This document shows positions 9,175 to 19,420 of a stretch of 64,000 nt of DNA, one piece after another. The notes under the pieces were generated by a model, which saw nothing but the letters and a program-made list of their open reading frames with translations, was not told the origin of the DNA and made no database searches. This DNA is from Longimicrobiales bacterium (lineage in GTDB: Bacteria; Gemmatimonadota; Gemmatimonadetes; Longimicrobiales; Gaopeijiaceae), in NCBI GenBank assembly GCA_963664435.2, contig CAXXKM010000003.1, positions 992,001-1,056,000 of the forward strand, read 5' to 3'. Numbering within the stretch: position 1 is the first letter of the stretch; the number at the start of each line of letters is the position of its first letter. A program made the position numbers and the translations under genes.

Positions 9175-12100
9175 ACCGCCCCGACGAGCCTTCGCCGGAC
9201 GGGCACTCGTCGAACGACCCTTCGCGGGAGGCGCGCGGCCCCATCGCCTACATGGCCCGCAACGGGGTCGCCGCCAACCTGCTCATGTTCTTCATTCTGG
9301 CCGCCGGTTTCTTCTCCCTGGGCGACCTTGTCCAGGAGGTCTTTCCGGAGATTTCCCTGGACCAGGTCGTCATTTCGGTCCCCTATCCCGGCGCTACGCC
9401 CGAAGAGATCGAAGAGTCGATCCTGCGCAAGATCGAGGAACGGATCGAGGCCGTCGACGACATCAAGGAGGTCCGTTCGACGGCCGCCGAAGGGCGGGGC
9501 TCGGTGGCGGTCGCACTCGAACTGGGCGCGGATATCGGACGGGCGCTCGATGACATCAAGGCGCAGATCGACCGGATCCAGACCTTCCCCGCCGGCGCGG
9601 AGCGCCCCGAGGTCAGCGAGCTGACCAATCGCCAGAGCGTCATCCGCCTGGTGCTGTTCGGCGACGCAGGCGAGCGCACGCTCAAGGAGCTGGCCTACCG
9701 CACCGAAGACGGGCTCTCGGCGCTTCCCGTGGTCTCCTACGTCGAGACGACCGGCATTCGCGACTACGAGATCTCCGTCGAGGTTCCCCAGCATCAGCTG
9801 CGGGCGCTGGGCCTGACCCTCGGGGACATCGCCAACGCGGTGCGGGGCGGGTCCCTCGACCTGTCCGCGGGGAGCATCGATACGCGCGACGAGGAAGTAC
9901 GCATCCGCACCACGGGGCAGAACTACAACCAGCACGACTTCGAGGAGATCATCGTCCTCAGCCGGGCCGACGGCACCGTGGTGCGTCTGGGGGACATCGC
10001 CGAGGTGCGCGACGGCTTCCGCGACGTGGATCTGATCACCCGCTACGAGGGTGCGCCGGCGGTCTATGTGGAGGTCTTCCGGACCTCCGACGAAAAGGTG
10101 CTCGACATCGTCGAGGCCGTCGAGGAGCACCTGCAGGAGGAGGTCATCCCCGCGCTGCCCGCGGGTGTGGGACTCGAGGTCTGGAACAACACCGGACGGA
10201 TCTTCGAGAGCCGCCTCGGGCTGCTGGTGAAGAACGGCCTCATCGGCCTGGCGCTCGTGCTCCTCTCCCTCACCCTGTTCCTGGATCTGCGGCTCGCCTT
10301 CTGGGTGGCGGTCGGAATCGCGGTGTCCTTCGTCGGCACCTTCGCCGTGATGAACTGGCTGGGCGTGTCGATCAACATGATGACGCTCTTCGCCTTCATT
10401 CTCGCCGTCGGGATCGTCGTCGACGACGCCGTGGTGGTGGGCGAGAACATCTACGCCGAGCGGGAGAGGGGCTGGCGCGGGGTGGACGCGTCCATCCGCG
10501 GGACCCGTCGCATTACCGGACCCGTCGTCTTCGCGGTTCTGACCACGGTGGTGGCCTTCTGCCCCCTCTTCTTCGTCCCGAGCACAATGGGGAGGCTCAT
10601 GACCATGCTCCCCATCGTCGTGATCTCCGTCCTCCTGTTCTCGCTCGTCGAATCGCTGCTGGTTCTGCCGAACCACCTCTCTCACCTGCCGCGCCATGTA
10701 ACGCGCCGTCATCGAACCCGGGACCACCTCGTCGCTCGCATCCAGGGGAGCGTGGACCGGACGCTGAAGAGCTTCGTGCGGGGACCCCTCGACCGGTCCC
10801 TGAGGGTCGCCACTGCGCAGCCCGGGCTGGTCATCGCCACCGGCGTCGCGCTCATCATTCTCTCCGTGGCCATGGTGCCGGCGGGCATCATCAGGGTGAA
10901 CTTCATGCCTACGGTGGAAGCGGACCTGGTCACGGCGACGCTTGAGATGCCCGAGGGCACGCCTGCGGGGCGCACCTCCGAAGTGACGGATTACATGGAG
11001 GCGGCCGGGCACCGGGCCATCGCGCGGCTGTCGCCCGAAGATCCGGGATCGCTGCTGGAAGGCGTGAACGTGACGGTGGGCCAGGAGGCCCAACAGATGC
11101 GGCCCATGGGAGCCGGGCCCGAAGCCGATCCGCGCGCCAACCTGGCGGCGGTGGAATTCAAGCTCGTGACCGCCCAGTTCCGTGACGTGTCCGCGGCCGA
11201 CTTCCAGCAGGCGTGGCGGGATGAGCTGGGTCCCCTGCCCGAAGCCAGAGCACTCACCATCACGGCCGAGCTGCTCGACTTCGGACTTCCGGTTCACGTC
11301 GAGCTCTCCCACCCGGATCCCAAGCGTCTGGCATCGGTCGCCGACACCCTGATGGAGCGGCTACGGGCTTTCGAAGGCGTGTTCGACGTGCGGGCGGATC
11401 AGGATCAGGGGCTCAGGGAGATCCAGCTCGATCTGCGGCCGGAAGCCCGCACCATGGGTCTGACCCTCGATGTCGTGGCACGCCAGGTGCGCTCCGCCTT
11501 CTTCGGCAACGAGGCCGTGCGCGTACAGCGGGGCCGCGAGGAGGTGCGCGTGTACGTCCGCCTGCCCGAGGAGGAACGCAACACCATCGCGGACGTGGAG
11601 GAGTACCTGGTGCGCACGCCCATGGGAAGCGAAGTGCCGCTGGGTCGAGTCGCCTCCGTGCGCCTGGGAAGCTCGCCCACCACCATCCGGCGCACGGATG
11701 GCGAACGCGTCATCACGGTCACCGCCGACGTCGACCGCGAGGTGGTCACCGGGCCCGAGGTGACGGACCAGCTTGACGCCTCCGTTCTCCCGGAGCTGGC
11801 AGCCCGCGATCCGGGCCTGTCCCACAGTTTCGGCGGCGAGCAGCAGGAGCAGGTGGATTCGTTCGGCGCCCTCGCCAGCGGGTTCGCCCTGGCCCTGCTG
11901 GCCATCTACGCCCTGCTCGCGATCCCCTTCGGCTCGTACACCAAGCCCCTGATCATCATGGCCGCGATCCCCTTCGGAATCATCGGCGCGATTGCGGGTC
12001 ATCTGCTTCTGGGGCTGCCGATGAGCATGATGTCGTTGTTCGGCGTGATCGGGCTGAGCGGCGTGGTCGTGAACGATTCCCTCGTGATGATCGACTTCAT

Positions 12101-12383
12101 CAACGATCGCCTCCGGCGGGGAATGCCCGGCAGGGAGGCGATCATCGACGGCGCCAAGGCGCGCTTCCGCCCGATCCTGCTTACCTCCGTGACGACCTTC
12201 CTGGGCGTGGCGCCGCTCGTCTTCGAGCGCAGCCTGCAGGCGCAGTTCCTGGTTCCGATGGCGGCTTCGCTGGGATTCGGCATTCTGTTTGCGACGGCAG
12301 TGCTGATGATGATCGTGCCCGCGCTGACCATGGTGCACCACCGGGTGACCGATCGGGGATCGGTCGCTTCTCCTGCCGTCTAG
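9171..12383 (+). CDS. RND efflux permease (AcrB/AcrD/AcrF family)
   Basis: 1070 aa; GIVVDDAVVVGENI and ARFRPILLTSVTT; ATGA overlap with the MFP gene. Confidence 0.95.
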   Translation: MNRPDEPSPDGHSSNDPSREARGPIAYMARNGVAANLLMFFILAAGFFSLGDLVQEVFPEISLDQVVISVPYPGATPEEIEESILRKIEERIEAVDDIKEVRSTAAEGRGSVAVALELGADIGRALDDIKAQIDRIQTFPAGAERPEVSELTNRQSVIRLVLFGDAGERTLKELAYRTEDGLSALPVVSYVETTGIRDYEISVEVPQHQLRALGLTLGDIANAVRGGSLDLSAGSIDTRDEEVRIRTTGQNYNQHDFEEIIVLSRADGTVVRLGDIAEVRDGFRDVDLITRYEGAPAVYVEVFRTSDEKVLDIVEAVEEHLQEEVIPALPAGVGLEVWNNTGRIFESRLGLLVKNGLIGLALVLLSLTLFLDLRLAFWVAVGIAVSFVGTFAVMNWLGVSINMMTLFAFILAVGIVVDDAVVVGENIYAERERGWRGVDASIRGTRRITGPVVFAVLTTVVAFCPLFFVPSTMGRLMTMLPIVVISVLLFSLVESLLVLPNHLSHLPRHVTRRHRTRDHLVARIQGSVDRTLKSFVRGPLDRSLRVATAQPGLVIATGVALIILSVAMVPAGIIRVNFMPTVEADLVTATLEMPEGTPAGRTSEVTDYMEAAGHRAIARLSPEDPGSLLEGVNVTVGQEAQQMRPMGAGPEADPRANLAAVEFKLVTAQFRDVSAADFQQAWRDELGPLPEARALTITAELLDFGLPVHVELSHPDPKRLASVADTLMERLRAFEGVFDVRADQDQGLREIQLDLRPEARTMGLTLDVVARQVRSAFFGNEAVRVQRGREEVRVYVRLPEEERNTIADVEEYLVRTPMGSEVPLGRVASVRLGSSPTTIRRTDGERVITVTADVDREVVTGPEVTDQLDASVLPELAARDPGLSHSFGGEQQEQVDSFGALASGFALALLAIYALLAIPFGSYTKPLIIMAAIPFGIIGAIAGHLLLGLPMSMMSLFGVIGLSGVVVNDSLVMIDFINDRLRRGMPGREAIIDGAKARFRPILLTSVTTFLGVAPLVFERSLQAQFLVPMAASLGFGILFATAVLMMIVPALTMVHHRVTDRGSVASPAV

Positions 12384-14062
12384 GGCCCCTCCCGCGCGCG
12401 CTCGAACTCCGCGGCAAACAGCGCCCAGGCCTCCGGGTCCAGGCGGACATCGGAGGGCGGCGCGTCGACCGGGATGACAAAGCTGTGGGAGGCCGCGTCC
12501 ACTTCGACGGTCACCACCTGGGCGGGAAGCCGATCACGCCCCGTGTAGACCCCGATTTCGAGGGGCATCCGGAACAGTCCCGTCTCCTGCACCTGGCGCA
12601 GGTCCACGCGCACGGTGCCGGCATCGGCGTCGTATCCCCATGAGCCCGCGAAGACCGGATTGCCCCCGTGCCGGAGCCACTGGTCGAAGAAGGGCTGCAG
12701 GTCGTCGCCGGAGGCCTCCTCCATGGCCCTCATGAGGTCGTCGGTGGAGGCGGTGCCGTTCAGGTGGCGGGCATAATAGGTGCGGATGCCCCTCTGGAAG
12801 GCCTCGTCGCCGACCCGCTTCCTGAGCATGTGCAGCACCCAGGCGCCCTTCTGGTAGGTCGCGACGCTGGTCACCCGCGACATGTCCTCGAGGCCGTCGT
12901 GGACAATGCGATAGTCGGGATTCTCCGCGTACCAGGCGTTGACGCGCTCCGCGGCCTGCCGGAGGCCGGTGACGAAGTCGTCCCTGCCGTAGGCGTGCTC
13001 GCGGAAGAGCAGCGTGAAGTAGGTGGCAAATCCCTCGCTCAGCCACACGTCGTCCCACTCGGACTCGGTGACCGCGTTGCCGAACCACTGGTGCGCGATC
13101 TCGTGGATGACGACGTTGCGCCAGCGCACCGGCCTGTCGCCCGTGACCGCGTTCTCGCTGTACATCAGGGCGGTCGCGGCTTCCATGCCCCCGCCGGTTG
13201 CCGGCGAGGTGATGTTGGCAAGCTTCTCGTAGGCGAAGGGGCCCACGTAGTCGTCGAAGAAGGCGAGCACGCGGAGGGTGGGGACCGCGAAGTCGTGGAA
13301 GCCGGCATCGCGGTCGCGCGCGTACACCCAGGTCTGGACCGGCCGGCCGTCGAACTCCCCCAGGTTCTGAACGGCGAAGCGCGCCACGCCGACCACGAAG
13401 AGCCAGGGGGAGATGGGCGCCGACTGCCTCCAGTGGGTGCGGCGCATGCCTCCGGCGAGGTCTGTTTCTTCGACGACAACCCCGTTGGACACCACCTGGT
13501 AGTGCGCCGGCGCTGTGATGACGAATTCACACGCCGCTTTTTCCGCGACATGGTCCACCGTGGGCAGCCAGTTGCGCGCCCGGTTGGGCCAGTTGTCGCT
13601 GAAGAAGGTGCGCTCGCCGTACTTGTTGGGCCCTATGCGGAGGCCGGACGCGGGGGCGCCCCGGTAGCTCACCGTCACCGAATCCCGCTCGCCGGGGCGG
13701 CCTGCCCGGGGCAACCGAACCGTGAGGAGGTCGTTCTCGTGGCGGTACTCGGCGGGACGCCCCGCCGCCCGGACGCCGGTCACCTCCATCCCCTGGCCGT
13801 CGGGCCTCACGCCGATCAGGTCGAGCGGAAGCTCCACGACACCGTCCGCCGTGAAACGGAACCTCACCGTGGCCCGTCCGGTGATCTGGTCGATGTCGTC
13901 GCGGAGCGTCAGCTCGAAGCGGTACGCCTCGATGTCGATGCCGGGGCGTGGGCGCTCGACGACGACCCCGCCATGAGGCTGCTCGGCGACGTGGACCCCG
14001 GGCGCCGTCGTGAGCAGGAGGAGAGCCGGTATCCATGGGAGCGCGAGGAAACTGCGGTGCAT
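12380..14062 (-). CDS. M1 family zinc aminopeptidase, exported
   Basis: GGMEA, HEIAHQWFGN, WLSEGFATY and YQKGAWVLHMLR; signal peptide from ATG 14062. Confidence 0.93.
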   Translation of the reverse strand: MHRSFLALPWIPALLLLTTAPGVHVAEQPHGGVVVERPRPGIDIEAYRFELTLRDDIDQITGRATVRFRFTADGVVELPLDLIGVRPDGQGMEVTGVRAAGRPAEYRHENDLLTVRLPRAGRPGERDSVTVSYRGAPASGLRIGPNKYGERTFFSDNWPNRARNWLPTVDHVAEKAACEFVITAPAHYQVVSNGVVVEETDLAGGMRRTHWRQSAPISPWLFVVGVARFAVQNLGEFDGRPVQTWVYARDRDAGFHDFAVPTLRVLAFFDDYVGPFAYEKLANITSPATGGGMEAATALMYSENAVTGDRPVRWRNVVIHEIAHQWFGNAVTESEWDDVWLSEGFATYFTLLFREHAYGRDDFVTGLRQAAERVNAWYAENPDYRIVHDGLEDMSRVTSVATYQKGAWVLHMLRKRVGDEAFQRGIRTYYARHLNGTASTDDLMRAMEEASGDDLQPFFDQWLRHGGNPVFAGSWGYDADAGTVRVDLRQVQETGLFRMPLEIGVYTGRDRLPAQVVTVEVDAASHSFVIPVDAPPSDVRLDPEAWALFAAEFERAREGP

Positions 14063-14290
14063 TGGGCCTCCAGCGAAACGGACCAGAGAGGAACGCGCGG
14101 TCGTACCGCGACCGTGGAAGACAAACTTGTGGCGAGGCGGTCGTCCCTGCCAGGTATCGCCCTGGGGGACGCCGGTCTCGACGAGGCGAGGAATCCGACG
14201 CGGAGTCCCCGAAGTCCGACGCATCCATCGAAAAGACGCAGGCCCCGGCATCTGCCGAAGTCCCGGGAATTGAAGAAAACACGATTGGGT

Positions 14291-14321
14291 TTGACGCAGC
14301 GTCGCCGGCGGTGCATATATT
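14291..14321 (+). promoter_or_regulatory. Putative sigma70 promoter
   Basis: TTGACG at 14291-14296, then CATATA (17-bp spacer) or TATATT (19-bp spacer), in an AT-richer intergenic tract upstream of the small ORF at 14457. Confidence 0.45.
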
Positions 14322-14456
14322 AGTCTATCCATTGGGGAGACAATACAGCCGTACAAGACGTGACGTGCGAGAAGCCGTGGGGCTCATTTTAAGTACAGCA
14401 GCCGGGCGCTGGAAAGTGCGATGGCGTTTTGGGAATATACAGCCGGATAAATCAGC

Positions 14457-14672
14457 ATGAAGGATCACCGTAGACAACGAGGGAACGTGGCGTCCGCATC
14501 GGACACTCTGTGCGCGGTGTGCGGCAAACCCGTTCCGGTTGCGCGCGGAGGCGCCACCTGCCGCGCCAAGTGCGCCCGGGCCGACCGGGACCGGGAAATG
14601 CGCCGGGAGCGTGCCAGAGCCTCGGCACGAGCCTGGCTCTACGCCCGGCAGCGCAGGACCGATTCGGCGTAA
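14457..14672 (+). CDS. Small Cys4 zinc-finger-like protein (71 aa)
   Basis: CAVCGKPV...TCRAKC followed by an Arg-rich helix; fills an otherwise empty gap downstream of a promoter-like sequence. Confidence 0.55.
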   Translation: MKDHRRQRGNVASASDTLCAVCGKPVPVARGGATCRAKCARADRDREMRRERARASARAWLYARQRRTDSA

Positions 14673-14754
14673 CCTCCCACGGACGCTGCTGCAAGAGCCC
14701 CTTCGCGCCTCGTTCCCAAACCGCTCTGCTGCGCGGGTATGTGAAGGGTGAAGG

Positions 14755-15870
14755 CTATCCCGACCCCGCCTCCCTTCCGAACATCCTTCTCAGCGCGTGC
14801 CCGTCGGCGGAGCACACGCCCCGCTCGGTTACCAGCCCCGTGACCAGCCGGCGAGGCGTTACGTCGAACGCATAGTTGGCGGCCCGAGTACGCTCGGGGG
14901 TGATCCGGACCGTGCGCTCCACTCCCGCTTCATCAACGCCGCGCACCAGCGTCACTTCGTCCGCATCCCGCTCCTCTATGGGGATATCGGCTCCGTCTTC
15001 CGTCTTCCAGTCGATGCTGGGCGAGGGCACCGCAACATAGAAGGGGACGCCGTTGTCGCGGGCGGCGAGCGCCAGGGGATAGGTTCCCACCTTGTTGGCA
15101 ACATCGCCGGAAGCGGCCGTGCGATCGGTGCCCACGATCACGACATCGACTTTCCCGCGACTCAGCAGGTGGCCGGAGGCGCTGTCGGAGACGAGCGTGT
15201 GCGGCACCCCGTGCTGGCCGAGTTCCCACGCGGTGAGACCGGCTCCCTGCAGGCGCGGACGCGTCTCGCGCACCCAGACGTGCAGGTCGAGCCCTTCGTC
15301 GTGTGCCCGGTACATGGGGGCGGTGGCGGTGCCCCAGTCGACGGTCGCCAGCCAGCCCGCATTGCAGTGCGTGAGCACGTTAAGGGGCCGGCCGGGTGCG
15401 CGCGCGCCACCGTACGCGGCCCGGTGGATCTCCCGGAAGATGTCCAGTCCGATGTCGCCGATGCTCCGGTTGATGCGCACATCGTCTTCGCAGAGCGAGT
15501 CGGCAAACCCATAGGCGGCTCGAGCGCGCCGTGGGGGAGGCAGCGACCTAAGCAGGGCTCCGGAGTTCTCGAGCGCCCAGCGCAGGTTGACGGCCGTCGG
15601 GCGGGTCGCCATCAGCCGGCTCACGGAGGCGGCGAGCGATGCGTTCGAGGGATCGGCGCGCATGGCGAGCGCGACCCCGTACGCGGCGGTCGCGCCGATG
15701 AGGGGCGCGCCCCGCACCACCATGCCGTAGATGGCGTGGGCGGCGTCCGCGGCGCTGGTGAGCCGGCGGATTCGGAACCGGTGCGGCAGCAGGGTCTGGT
15801 CGATGACCTGGACATCCGTGCCCTCGCCCTCCGTGAAGATGCTGCGATAGGGAATGCCCCCGACCCTCAC
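14755..15870 (-). CDS. mtnA: S-methyl-5-thioribose-1-phosphate isomerase
   Basis: Motifs VRGAPLIG, TRPTAVNL, LTHCNAGWLATVDWGTA, ETRPRLQGA, GDVANKVGTY and NYAFDVTP. Confidence 0.96.
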   Translation of the reverse strand: MRVGGIPYRSIFTEGEGTDVQVIDQTLLPHRFRIRRLTSAADAAHAIYGMVVRGAPLIGATAAYGVALAMRADPSNASLAASVSRLMATRPTAVNLRWALENSGALLRSLPPPRRARAAYGFADSLCEDDVRINRSIGDIGLDIFREIHRAAYGGARAPGRPLNVLTHCNAGWLATVDWGTATAPMYRAHDEGLDLHVWVRETRPRLQGAGLTAWELGQHGVPHTLVSDSASGHLLSRGKVDVVIVGTDRTAASGDVANKVGTYPLALAARDNGVPFYVAVPSPSIDWKTEDGADIPIEERDADEVTLVRGVDEAGVERTVRITPERTRAANYAFDVTPRRLVTGLVTERGVCSADGHALRRMFGREAGSG

Positions 15871-16343
15871 GGCGCCCCCCGGTCCCGTGGCTCGGTCGCG
15901 CCCGGGGAGGCGGAGCCTGTGCGACCATCCTCGGCCACCGCAACCGGACGGTCCCGCACGCGGTCCACGACGCAGAGAAAGCCGAGCGCCTCTCCGGCGT
16001 CGGCGGAGAAGCGGTGGACATCGCGCGGAGCCACGTACACGACGTCGAGCGCCGAGACCGGCTCCGTGGCCTCGCCCAGGCGCACCGCGCCCCTCCCCTT
16101 CACGATCACGACCGCGTGCCCGTGCTCATGCCGCTCGAGCGACGAATAGCCGTCGGGCGCCACCTCGAAGTACCGCAATTCGAAGCCCAGGCCGGCCTCG
16201 CTGCTTGCCTGACCGGCCCCGAGCAGCGTGTGGCGGGTCACGTCACGGAACCGGGCAAGGCCGTCTTCCCCTTGCTTGTAGCGTCGGGGCTCGATTCCGG
16301 TCCAGTCGCCGGCGCCTCCGCGAATCACCCGAGACCTGCTCAC
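15867..16343 (-). CDS. Cupin, probable methylthioxylulose-5-phosphate methylsulfurylase
   Basis: LRYFEVAPDGYSSLERHEHGHAV...HRF...LGFLCVVD cupin motifs; GTGA overlaps with both the RLP gene and mtnA. Confidence 0.8.
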   Translation of the reverse strand: MSRSRVIRGGAGDWTGIEPRRYKQGEDGLARFRDVTRHTLLGAGQASSEAGLGFELRYFEVAPDGYSSLERHEHGHAVVIVKGRGAVRLGEATEPVSALDVVYVAPRDVHRFSADAGEALGFLCVVDRVRDRPVAVAEDGRTGSASPGATEPRDRGAP

Positions 16344-17506
16344 CGGTTTCCTTCCTCCTGTCGAACTGCCGCTTCCACCAGGCGACGCGCCGCGCCCTCC
16401 AGATCCCGCTGCACCAGGAGGCTTCCGCCGATCAACAGCATGGTGTCCGGCCCGTAGCGGGCGAACCAATGGCCGGCCTCGGCGGCATTCACGCCTCCGG
16501 CAGGCGCGGGAAGAGCACGGCGAAGCGGCACCATGGGCTCCCGCAGGCGTCTGTTGACCGCGTGGCAGGTTTCCTCGGGCCACGAGAAGCGCCCGCCCGC
16601 GTTTACGTACACCACGATGTCGGCGCCCGCAACCCGGTAAAGGGTGCCGAGCAGCACATCCGGGGCAACCCCCTGCGCCCGCCCGGGCGCGGTCTGCGCG
16701 TGCGCGGGGTGGGCCATGACCGCCAGCGCGCGGGGGCCGGCGGCGACACAGCGGAGCGCATCCAGCCCCATCAGGCCCGGGCACAGCACTACGCCGCGGA
16801 GCCCCAGCGCCACGACCCGTTCGAGTCGCTCCTCGAGGGTCTCCAGCGGGCCGGTGACGTTGGGGAAATAGGCGGTGTGTCCTCCCACCGCCGCGTTTGC
16901 GCCCGCGACGGCCTCCGCGATCACCCGCGTGCGCTGGGCGAACGGGGCCGGGCCCTGAACCGCCAGCCCGTGGTCGTCCTTCACCACGTCCACGCCCGCG
17001 CGTGCGAAGGCGGCCGCTTGATGGGCAAGCCCGCCCGCAGGCAGCCCGATCGGCTTGATGGCAGCGCTCACCAGCGGCCGCGCCGGGGCCTTTACCAGGG
17101 AGCGGATGCCCTTGATCCCGAAGCGCGGCCCGGGCAGCGAACGAAGCACGGCCGGCGCAGGCTCGAGCTCCACCAGCCGCACCCCGTCCATGAGCGACAC
17201 GTTGCCGTACGCCACGTTCAGGACCTGGGTGAGCTCCGTCGTGGTGGCGTCCAGCGGGTAGGCGATCCTTGCCAGCCATCCCTCTCCGTGACTCGGCTCG
17301 ATGCGCTCGATGCGGCCGAGCATCCGCGCCTGCAGCCGGTCGCCGCCGACGCCGGGCGGGGCTTCGACCGTCTGCTCGCGCGCGATGGCGCTCGCGAGGG
17401 ACACGGCTTCACCCAGGTGCCCGCAGCTCAGTCGATAGCTGGCTCGAAGGCCGAACGCGCGCACCGGTGCGTCAATCCTCACCCGGCCAGACCGGGTCGC
17501 CGGCAC
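16340..17506 (-). CDS. RuBisCO-like protein (Form IV RLP)
   Basis: EQTVE, YGNVSL, PGPRFGI, AIKPIGL, GVDVVKDDHGL, YFPNVT and PAPAGG; start may be 17506 or 17482. Confidence 0.92.
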   Translation of the reverse strand: MPATRSGRVRIDAPVRAFGLRASYRLSCGHLGEAVSLASAIAREQTVEAPPGVGGDRLQARMLGRIERIEPSHGEGWLARIAYPLDATTTELTQVLNVAYGNVSLMDGVRLVELEPAPAVLRSLPGPRFGIKGIRSLVKAPARPLVSAAIKPIGLPAGGLAHQAAAFARAGVDVVKDDHGLAVQGPAPFAQRTRVIAEAVAGANAAVGGHTAYFPNVTGPLETLEERLERVVALGLRGVVLCPGLMGLDALRCVAAGPRALAVMAHPAHAQTAPGRAQGVAPDVLLGTLYRVAGADIVVYVNAGGRFSWPEETCHAVNRRLREPMVPLRRALPAPAGGVNAAEAGHWFARYGPDTMLLIGGSLLVQRDLEGAARRLVEAAVRQEEGNR

Positions 17507-17509
17507 CCG

Positions 17510-19420
17510 TCATCGGTCCTCAGCCTTCAGCCATCGGGCGAACCACGCTTCCAGCCGCCGGTACATGTCCACCCGGTTCATCGGATCGCGGAAGCCGTGC
17601 GGTTCGCCGGGATAGGAGTGGCTCTCGAACACCTTCCCTTCCCTCTCGAGTATTTGCACGGCCAGCTCATACTGACGGAACGGGGCGCGTACGTCCTCCT
17701 CTCCGTGCATGATCAGGGTTGGCGTGACGATGTCGGGCACGCGCGCCAGCGTATTGCTGACGGCGTAGACGTCGGGCCGCTCCTCGGGTGCGCCCCCGTG
17801 TCCGGTCCTGATGAAGATCCTGCCCAGCCGGTCCGCGTTGGTGTAGGCGTCGGCGAAGTCGTAGATGCCCGCCATGGGCACGGCGGCGTCGAAGGCGTCG
17901 GGCGCGCGGGCGATGGCCGCCATGCTCTGGATGCCCCCGTAGCTGTACCCGTAGATGCCGATCCTGCCGTTGGACCATAGCTGCGCCCGCAGGAAGTCGG
18001 CCGCCGCGGCGGCGTCGAGAGCCTGCCCGTTGGCCCAGTCCTCCACGCCCAGGTCCTGGAACTCCCGCCCGAAGCCGGAGCCGCCCCGGTAGTTGACGGC
18101 CAGCACCACATACCCCAGTTGCGCCAGGTACTGCTCGGTGAGGCTCAGCCCCTTGAGGTAGGAATTGGTGCCGCCTCCATGGACCATGACCAGTGCGGGA
18201 TAGGTCGCAGGGCCGTCTGATGCCGCCGTGCCGTTCTGTTCGGGGAAGCCCGGGGGGCGGAAGAGAAAGCCCTGGATGTAGAGGCCGTCCCAGCTCCGGT
18301 AGCTCACCTCCTCCGCCTCCACCAGCCCCTGCCAGCGGGTCGAGAAATGCGTGAGGCGGCGCGCCGCACCGCCCGCGGCCGGAACGTAGTCCACCTCCGT
18401 ACCGCGAGTCGACGTCGAACGCAGGAAGACGAAGGCGGAGCCGTCCGCGGTCGCGTGGTAGGCGCGGAAGGACCCGCCCATGTTCGTCACCCGCGTGGCA
18501 ACGCCGCCGGCCGCCGGCACCCGCCACAACTCCACCTCGCCCCGCTCGTGATAGGGGAAGAAGAGTTCCGAGCCGTCGGCCGACCAGCTGACGGTGTGGT
18601 TGTGCAGCCAGTCGGTGGCGTGAACCTGCATGGCAACGATCTCCTCCGTGCCCGCTTCCGGGTCGAGGAGGTAGATGTAGGCGAGGTCCTCGTACCAGTA
18701 CTCGTCCTTCGAGGTGCCGAGCAGGGCGATGCGGGATCCGTCCGGCGACCACACCGGCGTGGAGGACGCCATCAGACCGCTGGAGAGCTGCTGCTCGGCG
18801 CCCGTCGCGACCTCCACCACCCGGATGTCGTCCGCCCAGTAGTCGCTCAGGTTCGAGTAGTAGGCGACGCGGGTCCCGTCCGGCGACCAGGCTGGAGCGA
18901 AGCGGAAGTCGTCCGCGGCCATGGAGGCGCGCGTGAGCTGGACCGCCGGGGCGGACCCGTCGGACGGAACGATCCAGATGTCCTGGTGGCCCGAGCGCCC
19001 GCTGTAGAAGGCGATGGTGCCTCCGTCCGGCGACGGCCGCGCGGCCCGCTCGTCGTCCGGGTCGTCGGTGATGCGGGTGGGCTCGCTCGATCCAACTTCC
19101 GCCCGCCACAGGTCCCCGCCGCGCGAGAAGACGATGCCGGACCCGTCGCCGAACCAGACCGGCGACGAGCCCTCCACCCACGGGGCAGGCGCGGGATCGC
19201 CATCCACCGCGACCAGAAAGATACCCGAGAAGTCCGCTGTGCCGGCACTGACCGCGACCCATGCCCCGTCGGGCGAGAGCGCGGCCTGACGGGCGCCCCG
19301 GTTGCGGGTGAAGATGTTCTCCCAGGTGAGAGGGAGTGCCCGGTCTTCGACCTCGGCGACGGGCGCCGCGCACGCAGGCAGCATCAGGACGAAGAGGAAC
19401 GTGCGGGATCCGATGTTCAT
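17510..19420 (-). CDS. S9 family prolyl oligopeptidase with PD40/TolB-like propeller
   Basis: Repeated WSPDG; VHGGG, NYRGGSGFG, nucleophile motif GYSYGG, HGEEDVR and EPHGF. Confidence 0.93.
   Translation of the reverse strand: MNIGSRTFLFVLMLPACAAPVAEVEDRALPLTWENIFTRNRGARQAALSPDGAWVAVSAGTADFSGIFLVAVDGDPAPAPWVEGSSPVWFGDGSGIVFSRGGDLWRAEVGSSEPTRITDDPDDERAARPSPDGGTIAFYSGRSGHQDIWIVPSDGSAPAVQLTRASMAADDFRFAPAWSPDGTRVAYYSNLSDYWADDIRVVEVATGAEQQLSSGLMASSTPVWSPDGSRIALLGTSKDEYWYEDLAYIYLLDPEAGTEEIVAMQVHATDWLHNHTVSWSADGSELFFPYHERGEVELWRVPAAGGVATRVTNMGGSFRAYHATADGSAFVFLRSTSTRGTEVDYVPAAGGAARRLTHFSTRWQGLVEAEEVSYRSWDGLYIQGFLFRPPGFPEQNGTAASDGPATYPALVMVHGGGTNSYLKGLSLTEQYLAQLGYVVLAVNYRGGSGFGREFQDLGVEDWANGQALDAAAAADFLRAQLWSNGRIGIYGYSYGGIQSMAAIARAPDAFDAAVPMAGIYDFADAYTNADRLGRIFIRTGHGGAPEERPDVYAVSNTLARVPDIVTPTLIMHGEEDVRAPFRQYELAVQILEREGKVFESHSYPGEPHGFRDPMNRVDMYRRLEAWFARWLKAEDR

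Noticed and set aside
14379..14416. GGGGCTCATTT...GCTGGAAAG also seen at 59613-59635
   Set aside because: Spacing differs (18 versus 3 bp) and there are only two occurrences; could be chance.
16340..17506. RuBisCO for CO2 fixation
   Set aside because: KDDH instead of KDDE, no Lys177, no cbbS or prk, and methionine-salvage context.
17472..17513. 13-aa ATGA mini-ORF after the S9 peptidase
   Set aside because: Its stop does not overlap cleanly with a RLP start, and GTG 17506 already lies 3 nt from the S9 stop.
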